Origin: Planctomycetota bacterium
GTDB taxonomy: Bacteria > Planctomycetota > B15-G4 > SIAN01
Length of the DNA: 64,000 bases
Assembly (NCBI GenBank): GCA_031409275.1
Contig: JANNXA010000050.1
Location: 160,001 to 224,000, forward strand
Direction of reading: 5' to 3'
Below are positions 40,570-49,822 of this stretch, piece by piece; positions within the stretch are counted from its first letter, which is position 1; each line of letters begins with the position of its first letter. Under the pieces are notes generated by a model. The model was not told the origin of the DNA, made no database searches, and saw only the letters and a program-made list of their open reading frames with translations. Both the position numbers and the translations under genes were made by a program.

Positions 40570-41534
40570 AGGCTCGACTGCTTCGCGATCGGCGCCTGGC
40601 TCGCGCCGGCGTGCCGTTCACGACGTTGCTGCTGGCCGCCTGCAGCGTGTCGGGCGGGCCGCGAGTGCCCCCACCCGCGTTCGCCGGCCACGCCCCCGAT
40701 CGCCTCGAACGGCCCGCCGAACCGCCACGCTTCTTCGCCTTCGGCGACTGCGGCACCGGCGGCAAGGGGCAGGCGCGCGTCGCCGCCGGCATGGTCGCGC
40801 GCGCGCGTGCGGCGCCGCCCTCCTTCTTCGTGCTGCTCGGCGACAACTTCTATCCCGACGGCGTCGACGACCTCGACGACTCGAAGTGGCGCACGCACTT
40901 CGAGGAGCCTTACGCCGACGCCGCCTTCGCGCGTCCGTTCTATGTCACGCTCGGCAACCACGACCATCGCGGCAACGTGCAGGCGCAGCTCGACTACGCG
41001 CACGGCCATCCGCGCTGGCTGCTGCCCGCGCCGTGGTACGAGTTCCACGTCATGCTTCCGGGTGGCGCGATCGCCGACTTCTACGCCCTCGACACCACGC
41101 AACTGATCGACGAGACGGCGGTCGCCGAGCAGCAGTTGCAGTGGCTCGCCGACGCGCTCGGTCGTTCGAACGGCCGCTGGCAGATCGTGCTGGGCCACCA
41201 TTCGGTGCGCAGCACGCAGAGCCGCAACCTCGGCAACTACCGCGAGCGGCTCGAGCCGGTCCTGCGCGGATTCGGCGTCGACCTCGCCCTCTTCGGCCAC
41301 GACCACTTCTCGCAATGGCTGGTGCCGGTCGGCGAGTTGCACGTCGCCATCGCGGGCGGCGGCGGCGGCACCGACAACGCCAATCGCGCCAACCCGAACG
41401 TGCTCGCCGAGTGGTCGGCGAGCGGTGGCGGATTTGCCGATGTGACCGTCACCGACGAGCGAATCGTCGTCGAGTTCGCCAACGCCGATGGCGCCACCCA
41501 GTCCCGCTTCGAGATCTCCGGAGGAACGCCGTGA
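40566..41534 (+). CDS. purple-acid-phosphatase/ACP5-like metallophosphoesterase, probable lipoprotein
   Basis: LLAAC lipobox; GDCG, GDNFY, GNHD, GHH, GHDH. Confidence 0.9.
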   Translation: MKARLLRDRRLARAGVPFTTLLLAACSVSGGPRVPPPAFAGHAPDRLERPAEPPRFFAFGDCGTGGKGQARVAAGMVARARAAPPSFFVLLGDNFYPDGVDDLDDSKWRTHFEEPYADAAFARPFYVTLGNHDHRGNVQAQLDYAHGHPRWLLPAPWYEFHVMLPGGAIADFYALDTTQLIDETAVAEQQLQWLADALGRSNGRWQIVLGHHSVRSTQSRNLGNYRERLEPVLRGFGVDLALFGHDHFSQWLVPVGELHVAIAGGGGGTDNANRANPNVLAEWSASGGGFADVTVTDERIVVEFANADGATQSRFEISGGTP

Positions 41535-42502
41535 TCGACGTCGAGTTCGAGCTGACCCAGGATGAACTGCGCGGGGCCGCGCGGACGCGCGCCTTCGCTG
41601 CCGTGACCGCGCTCGGCGTGAAGCGGATCGCCCTCCTCGCAGGTGACGAAGTGGCGGCGAAAGGAGCGATGGTCGCCGCACGCGAGGCGAAGCTCGCGGT
41701 CGTGGCCATCGTCGAAGGCGGCGCGCCGGCGGGTCGTTGCCCCAATGACGCGAAAGTGCGAGCGGCCGCGGTCGAGCGCGCCGGAGTCGCGGCGACGCGA
41801 TTGGCGCCCGCGGCGGTCGAGCTCTGCGGCTTCGGGTTCCCCGACAGCCGCGCCGCCGCGTCGGGCGCCGCGCGCTTCCTCGAGGCGCTGTGCACCTGCG
41901 AAGGGTGCGCGCGACGGCTGGCGACCCGCCAGCTCGATGCGACCAGGATCGCGAGCAAGGTGAAGAAGCTGATCGAAACGGCGCGCGCCGAGGCTGGCAA
42001 GGAGAGCACGCCACTCGAGCGGCCCGAGGAGATCGGTCCGTGGCTGGTGAAGCAGCTCGGCGCGATGGAGTCCGCGGCGCTGCTTTCGGTGCGCCGCGAA
42101 TCGCTCGTCGCACTGGTGCAGGAGGTGCAGAAAGCGCTGCCGAAAGGCGTCGTGCTGCAGGCGGTCGCTCACCCATCGCCCTTCGCCGGCGGGCGCGCGT
42201 TGGGCGGCGGACTGCTGGCGCTGACCGATTGGCTCGAGAGCTTCACCCTCGAACTCGCCGCCACCGACGACCCGCTCGACGCGCCGCGACTCGCCGCCAT
42301 CGTGAAGAGCGCGCGCACCGCCGCGATGCCGACCAGCCGCTTCACGCTGCGCCTGCCGATGCCGCCGCTCGAGCGGCGCACCGAGCAGGTCGCCGCGCTG
42401 CGCGCTGCGGCCAAGGAAGGTCTCGCGGGCGTCCGACTCGTCGGCGCGGCGAGCTGGCCGGACAACGAGCTCGTCGCGCTACGCGGGGCGCTTTCGCGCT
42501 GA
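41531..42502 (+). CDS. hypothetical protein with CP and CxCxxC motifs, possibly a degenerate glycoside-hydrolase-like barrel, 323 aa
   Basis: GTG at 41531 overlaps the upstream stop (GTGA) after a GGAGG RBS; CPND and LCTCEGC. Confidence 0.65.
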   Translation: MIDVEFELTQDELRGAARTRAFAAVTALGVKRIALLAGDEVAAKGAMVAAREAKLAVVAIVEGGAPAGRCPNDAKVRAAAVERAGVAATRLAPAAVELCGFGFPDSRAAASGAARFLEALCTCEGCARRLATRQLDATRIASKVKKLIETARAEAGKESTPLERPEEIGPWLVKQLGAMESAALLSVRRESLVALVQEVQKALPKGVVLQAVAHPSPFAGGRALGGGLLALTDWLESFTLELAATDDPLDAPRLAAIVKSARTAAMPTSRFTLRLPMPPLERRTEQVAALRAAAKEGLAGVRLVGAASWPDNELVALRGALSR

Positions 42503-42518
42503 CTCGCGGCGATCTTGG

Positions 42519-43235
42519 TTACTGCGGCGGCGTCGGCGGAGCGCCGGTGGCGATGTCGCGTCGGATCGCCTCTTCGGCGCGCTTCTGCGCCGGCGGAATG
42601 ACGTCGGGCACCGAATAGACCGCGTAGCCGTAGATCGGCTCGCCGCGTCGCAGCATCGCGTCGTAGGCCGCGCGCCGCTCGGCCGCGTCGAGCGCGAGCG
42701 CCTGCTCGCGCAGCTCGCTCAGCGGCCGGTCGTAGGCGTCGTCGTTCAGCGGATCGAAACCGAAGCAGCCGGCGAGCGCATCCCCGAGCTCGGCGAGCCG
42801 CAACGTCGCGTTCAGCCCGATGTAGGCGAGATGGAAACCGATGCCGACATCGGCGACCCCGCGATCGCTCTCCATCTGCCAGGAGAGCGGATGCTCGCTG
42901 TAGCCGGGATCGGCGAAATAGGGCTGACGCAGGTCCAGCAGCGCGCGGCTGTCCCGACGGTACTCGTAGGTGTGCAGCAGCGACACGCCGAGTTCGCTGC
43001 GCTGTTCGCGCGAGCTCGCGAAGCGGCCCTCGACCAGCCCCGCCGCCTGCCCGTCGAACGAGCCGGCTCCGATCTGCGCGAGCTCGGTGACGCGCGCGTG
43101 CACGGCCAGCCCGGGACCGACGGTGACGCCGGCCTCGACCACCTGGGCGAAGTCGTGGGCGCGATCGCGCCACGCCGCCGCGGTGCATCCCCCACTCGTC
43201 GCCACCAACAGCAGCGCGCCCAGACGTGCCTTCAT
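42519..43235 (-). CDS. hypothetical lipoprotein
   Basis: MKARLGALLLVATSGGC lipobox-like N-terminus; beta-strand-like Gly/aromatic segments. Confidence 0.7.
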   Translation of the reverse strand: MKARLGALLLVATSGGCTAAAWRDRAHDFAQVVEAGVTVGPGLAVHARVTELAQIGAGSFDGQAAGLVEGRFASSREQRSELGVSLLHTYEYRRDSRALLDLRQPYFADPGYSEHPLSWQMESDRGVADVGIGFHLAYIGLNATLRLAELGDALAGCFGFDPLNDDAYDRPLSELREQALALDAAERRAAYDAMLRRGEPIYGYAVYSVPDVIPPAQKRAEEAIRRDIATGAPPTPPQ

Positions 43236-43272
43236 GCTTCGCCGACCTTCCTGTGCAACGTGCCGCGACCGT

Positions 43273-44439
43273 TCAGCGATACGCGGGAATCCCGGTCACC
43301 GCCTCGCCGATGGCGAGCGTGTGGATGTCCCAGGTGCCCTCGTACGTGTTGACCGACTCGAGGTTCACCATGTGGCGCATGGTCTGGTACTCGTCGAGGA
43401 TTCCGTTGGCGCCGAGCATGTCGCGGCAGATGCGCGCGATGTCGAGCGCCCAGCCGACGTTGTTGCGCTTGGCCATCGAGACCTGCGAGTGCGTCGCCTT
43501 GCCGGCTTCCTTGAGTCGCCCCAGGCGCCACGCGAGCAGCTGCCCCTTGGTGATCTCGGTCACGATCTCGGCGAGCTTGGCCTGGACCAGCTGGAACCCC
43601 GCGATCGGCTTGCCGAACTGCACGCGCGACTTCGTGTAGTGGAGCGCCTCGTCGTAGCACGCCATCGCGGCGCCGAGCGCACCCCAGACGATGCCGTAGC
43701 GCGCCTGCGTCAGGCAGGAGAGCGGACCTTTCAGCCCCTTCACGCCCGGCAGGCGATTGGCGTCCGGGACGACGACATCCTGCATGACGAGCTCGGAGGT
43801 CACCGACGCGCGCAGCGAGAGCTTGCCCTTCATCTCGGGCGCGCTGAAGCCGGGACTCCCCTTCTCGATGAGGAAGCCCTGGATGCCATCGGGAGTCTGC
43901 GCCCAGACCACCGCCACATCGGCGATGGTGCCGTTGGTGATCCACATCTTCGCGCCGTTCAGCACCCAGTCGGCGCCCTTCTTGACGGCGCGCGTCTCCA
44001 TGCCGCCCGGATCGGAGCCGTGGTCGGGCTCGGTGAGGCCGAAGCAGCCGATGGCCGCGCCCTTCGCCATCGCCGGCAACCAACGCTGTTTCTGCGCTTC
44101 GGTGCCGTAGGCGTGGATCGGGTACATGACGAGGCTGCCCTGTACCGAGGCGCAGCTGCGCACGCCCGAGTCGCCGCGCTCGAGCTCCTGCATGATCAGG
44201 CCGTACGCGACCGGGTTCAGCCCGGCGCAGCCGTAGCCGCTGAGGTTCGCGCCGAAGACGCCAAGCTCGCCCATCGCCGAGATGAGCTGGCGCGGGAACG
44301 ATCCGATGCGGCACTGCTCGGCGATGATCGGGAGGATGTTCTCGTCGACCCACGAGCGGATCGTGTCACGGATCAGCCGCTCGTCCTCGGAGAGGAGATC
44401 GTCGAGGACGTAGAAATCGACTCCCTGGAACTTGCGCAT
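43273..44439 (-). CDS. acyl-CoA dehydrogenase (glutaryl-CoA dehydrogenase-like)
   Basis: ELERGDSG, GCFGLTEPDHGSDP, KMWITNG, SLRASVT, TYEGTWDIH. Confidence 0.95.
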   Translation of the reverse strand: MRKFQGVDFYVLDDLLSEDERLIRDTIRSWVDENILPIIAEQCRIGSFPRQLISAMGELGVFGANLSGYGCAGLNPVAYGLIMQELERGDSGVRSCASVQGSLVMYPIHAYGTEAQKQRWLPAMAKGAAIGCFGLTEPDHGSDPGGMETRAVKKGADWVLNGAKMWITNGTIADVAVVWAQTPDGIQGFLIEKGSPGFSAPEMKGKLSLRASVTSELVMQDVVVPDANRLPGVKGLKGPLSCLTQARYGIVWGALGAAMACYDEALHYTKSRVQFGKPIAGFQLVQAKLAEIVTEITKGQLLAWRLGRLKEAGKATHSQVSMAKRNNVGWALDIARICRDMLGANGILDEYQTMRHMVNLESVNTYEGTWDIHTLAIGEAVTGIPAYR

Positions 44440-44506
44440 CGGTAGCGAAACCTCGGTTGCGGCGGACCCGGTCTGCGGGCGCGCGAAGGGCAGGGATCGT
44501 AGCCCG

Positions 44507-45799
44507 CTAGCGAGCGGCGAGCCAGCTCTGCCACGCGAGCGGCTTCAGACCGAAATCCTCGCCCGAGATGAAGCGCAGCGCCGTCAACGCGTCCTCGCGG
44601 GCGAGCTCGGCGCCGTGCGCCACGACTTCGATCAGCGCGGCGAGCGCGGCGTCGCTGCCGATCTCTCCCAGCCCGTAGGCCGCGGCCAGGCGCACCTCTC
44701 CGGCGCGATCGAAGCGCAGCATCAGTTGCAGCGACTCGATCGCCTCGTCCCGTCGCGTCGCGCCGAGCGCCACCGCGCACCGTTCGCGCAGCGGAGCATG
44801 CCGCGATCGCTTCATGATCCCGGCCAGTTCGAACAACTCGCGGGTGCCGAGCTTCGCGACCCAATCGGCGCCGCTGCCGTCCGCGCACGGATTGAGTGAT
44901 TCCGCGACCAGCTCGGCGACGCTGCGCAGCACGATCGGCGCCCGCGGGAGCTCCGGCTCGAAGGGGCGCGTGCCCGGCAGCGGCAGCAGCGTGAAGACGA
45001 AGTCGAGCGCGACGCCCGCGGGCGGCAGCTTCTCCTCGTCGACGTCGGCCCATGTGTATGGCTCGTCGTCCTGGGCGTAGACATCGAAGAGACAGTTGTC
45101 CGCGCGCGACTTGTCGGGATGGAGCGTGAGGATGTTGCCTTCGTAGTCCGCGAGGAAGACCGACTTCTTCTCGGTCCCGAGCAGCACCTCGTCGAAGCGC
45201 GAACCGAGGTAGACGTAGCCACGCAACGGCAGCGGCCGCGTGGTGCGCAGGTCGACGAAGAAGTCCTCGAAGGCGCGCGTCACCGCGGTTCCGTCCGGCT
45301 CGTTCCAGCGCACGTAGAGGAAGACTCGATCGCCGCTCGGCGCGAGGACCTCCCACGGCTCGATCAGTCCGGCGTCGACGTCTTCGCGCGAGGGCAGTGG
45401 ATCGCGGAGCTGGCGGCGGCGCGCCATCCCTGGCTGCAACCCCATCGCGAGGAAGCAGGCATTCAGCAGGCTCGGCGTGCACGTCACGATGCCGAACGCC
45501 TCGTGCGTGAAACCGCCTTCGATGACGATGCCGTACTCGACGGGGTACTCGCGCGAGCGCTGCCGGCGGATCAGGTCGCCGCGCACATGCACCTCGCGGC
45601 GCGCCCGATCGAAGGTGATCCCGTCCGCTTCGAGACGCTTGGCGAACTCGGCGGCATCCTTCGGTGGCGGCGGCGTCTCGCGGCCCGCGCGCGAGCCGGC
45701 GTGGTCATGGTCCGTCGGATCCTGCGCCGGAAACGCGGCACTCGAGAAGGCGAGCAGCAGGACGCAGGCGAACAGAGGGTGGGCGCGCATGGCGGTCAT
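44507..45799 (-). CDS. secreted protein with a YdjY-like domain and C-terminal HEAT repeats
   Basis: Signal peptide; VEY...G.THE motif; AVALG and AAYGLGEIG HEAT-PBS-like repeats; start 45799 or 45790. Confidence 0.68.
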   Translation of the reverse strand: MTAMRAHPLFACVLLLAFSSAAFPAQDPTDHDHAGSRAGRETPPPPKDAAEFAKRLEADGITFDRARREVHVRGDLIRRQRSREYPVEYGIVIEGGFTHEAFGIVTCTPSLLNACFLAMGLQPGMARRRQLRDPLPSREDVDAGLIEPWEVLAPSGDRVFLYVRWNEPDGTAVTRAFEDFFVDLRTTRPLPLRGYVYLGSRFDEVLLGTEKKSVFLADYEGNILTLHPDKSRADNCLFDVYAQDDEPYTWADVDEEKLPPAGVALDFVFTLLPLPGTRPFEPELPRAPIVLRSVAELVAESLNPCADGSGADWVAKLGTRELFELAGIMKRSRHAPLRERCAVALGATRRDEAIESLQLMLRFDRAGEVRLAAAYGLGEIGSDAALAALIEVVAHGAELAREDALTALRFISGEDFGLKPLAWQSWLAAR

Positions 45800-45846
45800 G
45801 TTGCGCTCAACGCCACGCGAAGCAAGCGGTTCGGCGGCGGCGCCCG

Positions 45847-47154
45847 TCAGCTCACGAGCGCCCCGCTCGCGGCGAACCCTGCGTTCGCGCGTGCAAGGCA
45901 CTTCTGCGCCTGATCGGGCTGGCCCAATCGCGTGAGCAGCGCGCCAAGCTGCTGCCAGACGCGCGACGCGTCGGGTCGCGCCTTCGCTTCGGCGAGCAGG
46001 AACTTCACTGCATCGCCAGCGCGTTGCGCGACGACGAGCGCATCGGCCTTGAGCTGCACCGCCGCCGGATATCCGGGCCGCGCTGACAGTGCGCGCTCGG
46101 CCGCCGCGATGGCCGCCGTCGCGTCCCCCTTCTTCAACCACAGCCGCGCCGCAAGCGCCTCGGCCTGCGGACCGGCAAGCCCCGGCCGCCACGCCGTCTG
46201 ATGGGTCCGACGCCGTGCTCCGGTGCATTCCGCGACATGAGCGAGCGCCAGGTCGATCTCGCCCGCCGCCTCGCGCGCCAGCGCCGCGACGTAGGAGTAC
46301 GCGGGCGAATCCTGCGCGAGCGGCGGATGCAGCGCGACCAGTTCCAACGCCTGGTCGCGATCGCCCGATTCGAGGCGTGAGGCGCACGCGATCGCGAGCA
46401 GTTCGGCCCAATACGGCGGCGGCGACTCGCCGCGCGCCATCGCCGCCTCCGCCAACGCGAGCGCTCGCTCGGCCACCGGTCGCGCCGCCTGCTTGTCCTG
46501 CGCTTGGCCGCGCAGGAAGTCGGCGAACTTGTACCAGAGGTAGGGCTCCTCGGGGTGCTGGGCGACCCCCTTCTTGAAGAGCTTCAGGTTGCGTTCGACC
46601 TTCCCATGCGCGGCGATCGCGTCGGGCAGGTAGCCGTCGTGCACGACGCGTAGATCGTCCAGCAGGGCGAAACGCTGGCCCGTGCGCGCGCGCATGCGCT
46701 CGAGGTCGGGCAGCACCTGCTCGTGGATCGGGAAGCGGAAACGCACGTCCGGCGCGTGCCGCCACAGTCGCAAGATCGTCGAGTCGAGCCGCTCGCCTCC
46801 CGCAAGATCGCTCGCCACCGGAAGGAAGTAGCCGAGGTACTCGGCACGCTGCAGCGCCGCCCGCAACCCGGCCGGCCGCGGCGGAACGAAGTGCTCGTCG
46901 CAATCGAGCAGCAGGATCCACTCGCCACGCGCCACTTCGAGGCCGGCGTTGCGCGCGGCCGCGAAGTCGTCGTCCCATGGTCGCTCGATCACCGTCGCGC
47001 CCGCAGCCCGCGCCCGCGCCACGCTGTCGTCGCGCGACCCGGTATCCACGACGACGATCTCGTCGACGACGCCGCGCACGCTGTCGAGGCAGCGAGTGAG
47101 CGAGGCGCCACCGTCCTTCACGATCATGCAGAGGCTGAGCAGCGGCTTGGCCAT
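45847..47154 (-). CDS. family 2 glycosyltransferase with TPR repeats (flagellin-glycosylation type)
   Basis: LSLCMIVKD, VVDTGSRD, DDFAAARN, LDCDE, IHEQ, HDGY...KVERN, then TPRs; divergent from the flagellar operon. Confidence 0.92.
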   Translation of the reverse strand: MAKPLLSLCMIVKDGGASLTRCLDSVRGVVDEIVVVDTGSRDDSVARARAAGATVIERPWDDDFAAARNAGLEVARGEWILLLDCDEHFVPPRPAGLRAALQRAEYLGYFLPVASDLAGGERLDSTILRLWRHAPDVRFRFPIHEQVLPDLERMRARTGQRFALLDDLRVVHDGYLPDAIAAHGKVERNLKLFKKGVAQHPEEPYLWYKFADFLRGQAQDKQAARPVAERALALAEAAMARGESPPPYWAELLAIACASRLESGDRDQALELVALHPPLAQDSPAYSYVAALAREAAGEIDLALAHVAECTGARRRTHQTAWRPGLAGPQAEALAARLWLKKGDATAAIAAAERALSARPGYPAAVQLKADALVVAQRAGDAVKFLLAEAKARPDASRVWQQLGALLTRLGQPDQAQKCLARANAGFAASGALVS

Positions 47155-47167
47155 GGCGAGACGCGCC

Positions 47168-47184
47168 GGGCAAACCGCTTGCCG
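47168..47184. promoter_or_regulatory. putative sigma54 -24/-12 element readable on both strands (GGCAA-N5-TTGCC)
   Basis: Minus strand CGGCAAGCGGTTTGCC; plus strand GGGCAAACCGCTTGCC; both are GG-N10-GC with TTGC. Confidence 0.6.
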
Positions 47185-47257
47185 TCGTCGCCTCCGCCTT
47201 TCCCGGGCGCGGCTCCTCTCGCGTCGCGGCCACCCCTCGTTTTTTTCCGGGTTGTGC

Positions 47258-47286
47258 TCAAGCCAACGGAAGAAAACGCCCGAAAA
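47258..47286 (+). promoter_or_regulatory. putative sigma28-like promoter TCAAG-N16-CCCGAAAA upstream of the TPR/flagellar operon
   Basis: Matches the recurrent motif with identical spacing; TTCC half-site 9 nt upstream. Confidence 0.6.
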
Positions 47287-47306
47287 GGAGCCAGCGAGCT
47301 CGTTCC

Positions 47307-47319
47307 GGAAAGTCGTTCC
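47307..47319. promoter_or_regulatory. GGAA-N5-TTCC palindrome, putative transcription-factor site
   Basis: CGGAAAGTCGTTCCC; same form as 9970-9982 and 60244-60256. Confidence 0.5.
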
Positions 47320-47357
47320 CGGAAGGGGCTTCGCAGGGCGTGAGCGAGGCGAGGACC

Positions 47358-48179
47358 ATGGCGGACAACAAGAGCCAGGAAGCGGCGACCGCGGCAGCGC
47401 CCGCGAAGAAGCCCCCGATCGACAGCGTCGAGCGCAAGCTCGACCCGGTCGACTTGATCGAAGATGAGTTGCTGGCGGCGACGCCGTACGCGCCGATCGT
47501 CGAGGCGATCGGCGGGTCGCGCGACTTCCAGAGCGGAGACGGCTACGGAGCGCGCGGCTCCTCGCGCGCCCTCTGGTTCTTCGGCGCCGTCGTCAGCGCC
47601 TTGTTGATCCTGCAGACGACGCAACTCTTCCTCGACCGCGAAGAGCGACTGGCGCCGTCTTCTCCGACCGCCGCCGGAGAGGAGTCGACCGCGACGGGCG
47701 AGTCCCACCGATCGCCTGAGCAGGAGGTCGACCGCCTGCTCTACGAGTCGCGCATCAAGCTGAATCGCGGCGTCTACGAAGACGTCATCCGCATCCTCGA
47801 GCCGCTGGTCGCCGATTCGACGTTGACCGGCAAGGAGCAGCGCTGGGAGAGCTACCTGCTGCTGGCGCGCGCCCATCGCGCGCTTGGCAACGTGGAGCGC
47901 GCACAGTCCTACTACCTGCGCGCCACCGACCAGAGCATCGATCGGCAGGAGCCGGCGCTGGTGCTGGAGGACGCGAGCGACCTGTCGGCAAGCGGCCGCT
48001 TCCTGGAGGCGCGCGAGACCCTGTTCGGCCTTCTCGCTCGTCGCGATGGCCTGCCCAAAGCGGCCGCACCGTTTGCGGCACTCGCTGAAGCGCGCGTCGC
48101 CGACTCCTGGTACGCGCAGGCGCTCGCGACCGGCCAGATCGCGCCGCTTCCCGGCGAACCGATGGAGGCATCGCATTGA
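47358..48179 (+). CDS. single-TM protein with C-terminal TPR-like repeats, 273 aa
   Basis: GAGGA RBS; TM ALWFFGAVVSALLIL; YLLLARAHRALGNVERAQSYY TPR. Confidence 0.75.
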   Translation: MADNKSQEAATAAAPAKKPPIDSVERKLDPVDLIEDELLAATPYAPIVEAIGGSRDFQSGDGYGARGSSRALWFFGAVVSALLILQTTQLFLDREERLAPSSPTAAGEESTATGESHRSPEQEVDRLLYESRIKLNRGVYEDVIRILEPLVADSTLTGKEQRWESYLLLARAHRALGNVERAQSYYLRATDQSIDRQEPALVLEDASDLSASGRFLEARETLFGLLARRDGLPKAAAPFAALAEARVADSWYAQALATGQIAPLPGEPMEASH

Positions 48180-49822
48180 GCGCGAGCCTCGTCGCCCTGC
48201 TCGCCGCGCTCCTCGCGCAGGCGAATCCCGCCGACGAGCGCACCGCCGACGCGGCGGAAGCGCTCGAGCGCGAGGTCCTCGCGCAAGACGACGCCTCCGA
48301 AGTGAGGCTCGTTTCAGCGCCCGACGATCCGGAACTGCTCGACGTGGTCGCGCACGGCGTGCCCGCCAGCGTCCTCCTGCAGAAGATCGCCAAGGTGACG
48401 CAACGCGAGCTGCGCCTCGATGCTGGCGAGGCCGCGTTGCGGTCGGCCGCTCCGCTCGACGTCCACTTGAAGCGCCGTCCCACCCATGAAGTGGTCGAGT
48501 GGGTCGCTGGCGCCGCCGGTCTTTGCGCCGAGCTGCTGCGCGCCTCGATCCGCGTCCACGCCGACCGCATCGAAGGGCGCGCGGCGGAGGACGCGCTGCA
48601 GCGTGCGATCGACGGCTGGCACGCCTCCCTCCTGCGCGATCCGCTGCAACCCGACGCCCCGCGCCTGCGCTTCCAGATCGGCAACGCGCTCTACCAACTC
48701 GGCGACTTCCAGAACGCGATCCTCGTCTGGAAGGAGCTCGAGACGAACACCAAGCCGGGGCGGCCGACAGCGTCCGGCTCCGTGGGCGCGGACGACGACT
48801 TCGGCGACCTGCCGATGGTCTACTTCCGGTGCGGCCACGCCTACGCGGCGATGGGCGACGAGCCCAACGCGCAGGAGCAATGGCTCACCATCGCGCAGAG
48901 GTTCTCCGCGAGCGAGCTCGTGGCGAGCGCCCGCCTGGCAGCGGTGCAATCGTTCCGCCGTCAGCATGACGAGACGAACGCGAGCCTCGTGCTTCGGATC
49001 GTCATCGAGGGGATGAGGAGTGGCCTCGCGCCGCTCGACCTCGTCACCGCGGCCGAACTGCTGAACGAGGGTGGCAGCTACGAGCGCGCCTCCGAGGTGC
49101 TGCGTTACGGGATGCCGTCGTTCACCGATCCCAAACTCGAGAATCGCGCCGCGATCGCGTTGGCGCGCAGCCTCGCCGGCCAGCACGACTGGCACGGCGT
49201 GATCGACGCCGCTCAGCGCTTCGCCAAGGAGAGCGGCGATGGCGACCGCGCTGCCGAGATGTGGTTGCTGCTCGGCGAGGCGCACCACCAGCTCGACGAT
49301 CCGTTCACGGCGTTGCTCGCGATCCGCCGAGCCCGCGAGCTCGGCCCGCGGATGGAGGTCTCCTTCGCCATCGACCTGCTCGAGGGCCGGGTCTGGGCGC
49401 GCTCCGGCATGCTCGCCCGCGCGCAACCCTGCCTCGAACGCGCCGGTTCGTGCGCCTTCCCGAGCCTCGCGGCGCCAGCGCTGGCGTTGCACGCGCAGTT
49501 GCTGCGCGACGACGGACAGCTCGAAGCGGCGGCGCGGGCGTGCCAGCAGCTGCAGGCGATTCCGGGCCACGAGGTGGAGGCCGCGCTGGCGCTGGCTCGC
49601 ATCTTCCTCGAGCAGCGCAATCGCGAGCGCTGCCTCACCCTGATCCGCGACACCTTGCCGCTCGCCGATGGCGAACAGCGCGCGGCCCTTTCTGAAATCG
49701 CCCACGAGGCGCTGCGCGACGCGCCGCCCGATCTGAAGTGGCCGGAGTTCCTCGACGCCGAGGCGAGCACGACCACGCCGTCCGAGTCCGACCCTGTGAA
49801 GGAGCCCGCTCATGGCCGCTGA
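48176..49822 (+). CDS. exported TPR protein with an N-terminal secretin-N0/STN-like segment, 548 aa
   Basis: Signal-like N-terminus; LDVVAHGVPASVLLQKIA and LDVHLKRRP alpha/beta segments; many TPRs (FQIGNALYQLGDF, WLLLGEAH). Confidence 0.75.
   Translation: MSASLVALLAALLAQANPADERTADAAEALEREVLAQDDASEVRLVSAPDDPELLDVVAHGVPASVLLQKIAKVTQRELRLDAGEAALRSAAPLDVHLKRRPTHEVVEWVAGAAGLCAELLRASIRVHADRIEGRAAEDALQRAIDGWHASLLRDPLQPDAPRLRFQIGNALYQLGDFQNAILVWKELETNTKPGRPTASGSVGADDDFGDLPMVYFRCGHAYAAMGDEPNAQEQWLTIAQRFSASELVASARLAAVQSFRRQHDETNASLVLRIVIEGMRSGLAPLDLVTAAELLNEGGSYERASEVLRYGMPSFTDPKLENRAAIALARSLAGQHDWHGVIDAAQRFAKESGDGDRAAEMWLLLGEAHHQLDDPFTALLAIRRARELGPRMEVSFAIDLLEGRVWARSGMLARAQPCLERAGSCAFPSLAAPALALHAQLLRDDGQLEAAARACQQLQAIPGHEVEAALALARIFLEQRNRERCLTLIRDTLPLADGEQRAALSEIAHEALRDAPPDLKWPEFLDAEASTTTPSESDPVKEPAHGR

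Noticed and set aside
44507..47233. 908-aa ORF implying a fusion or frameshift between GT2-TPR and the YdjY-like gene
   Set aside because: Both genes are complete in their own frames with proper stop and signal peptide; the extension is an off-frame overlap
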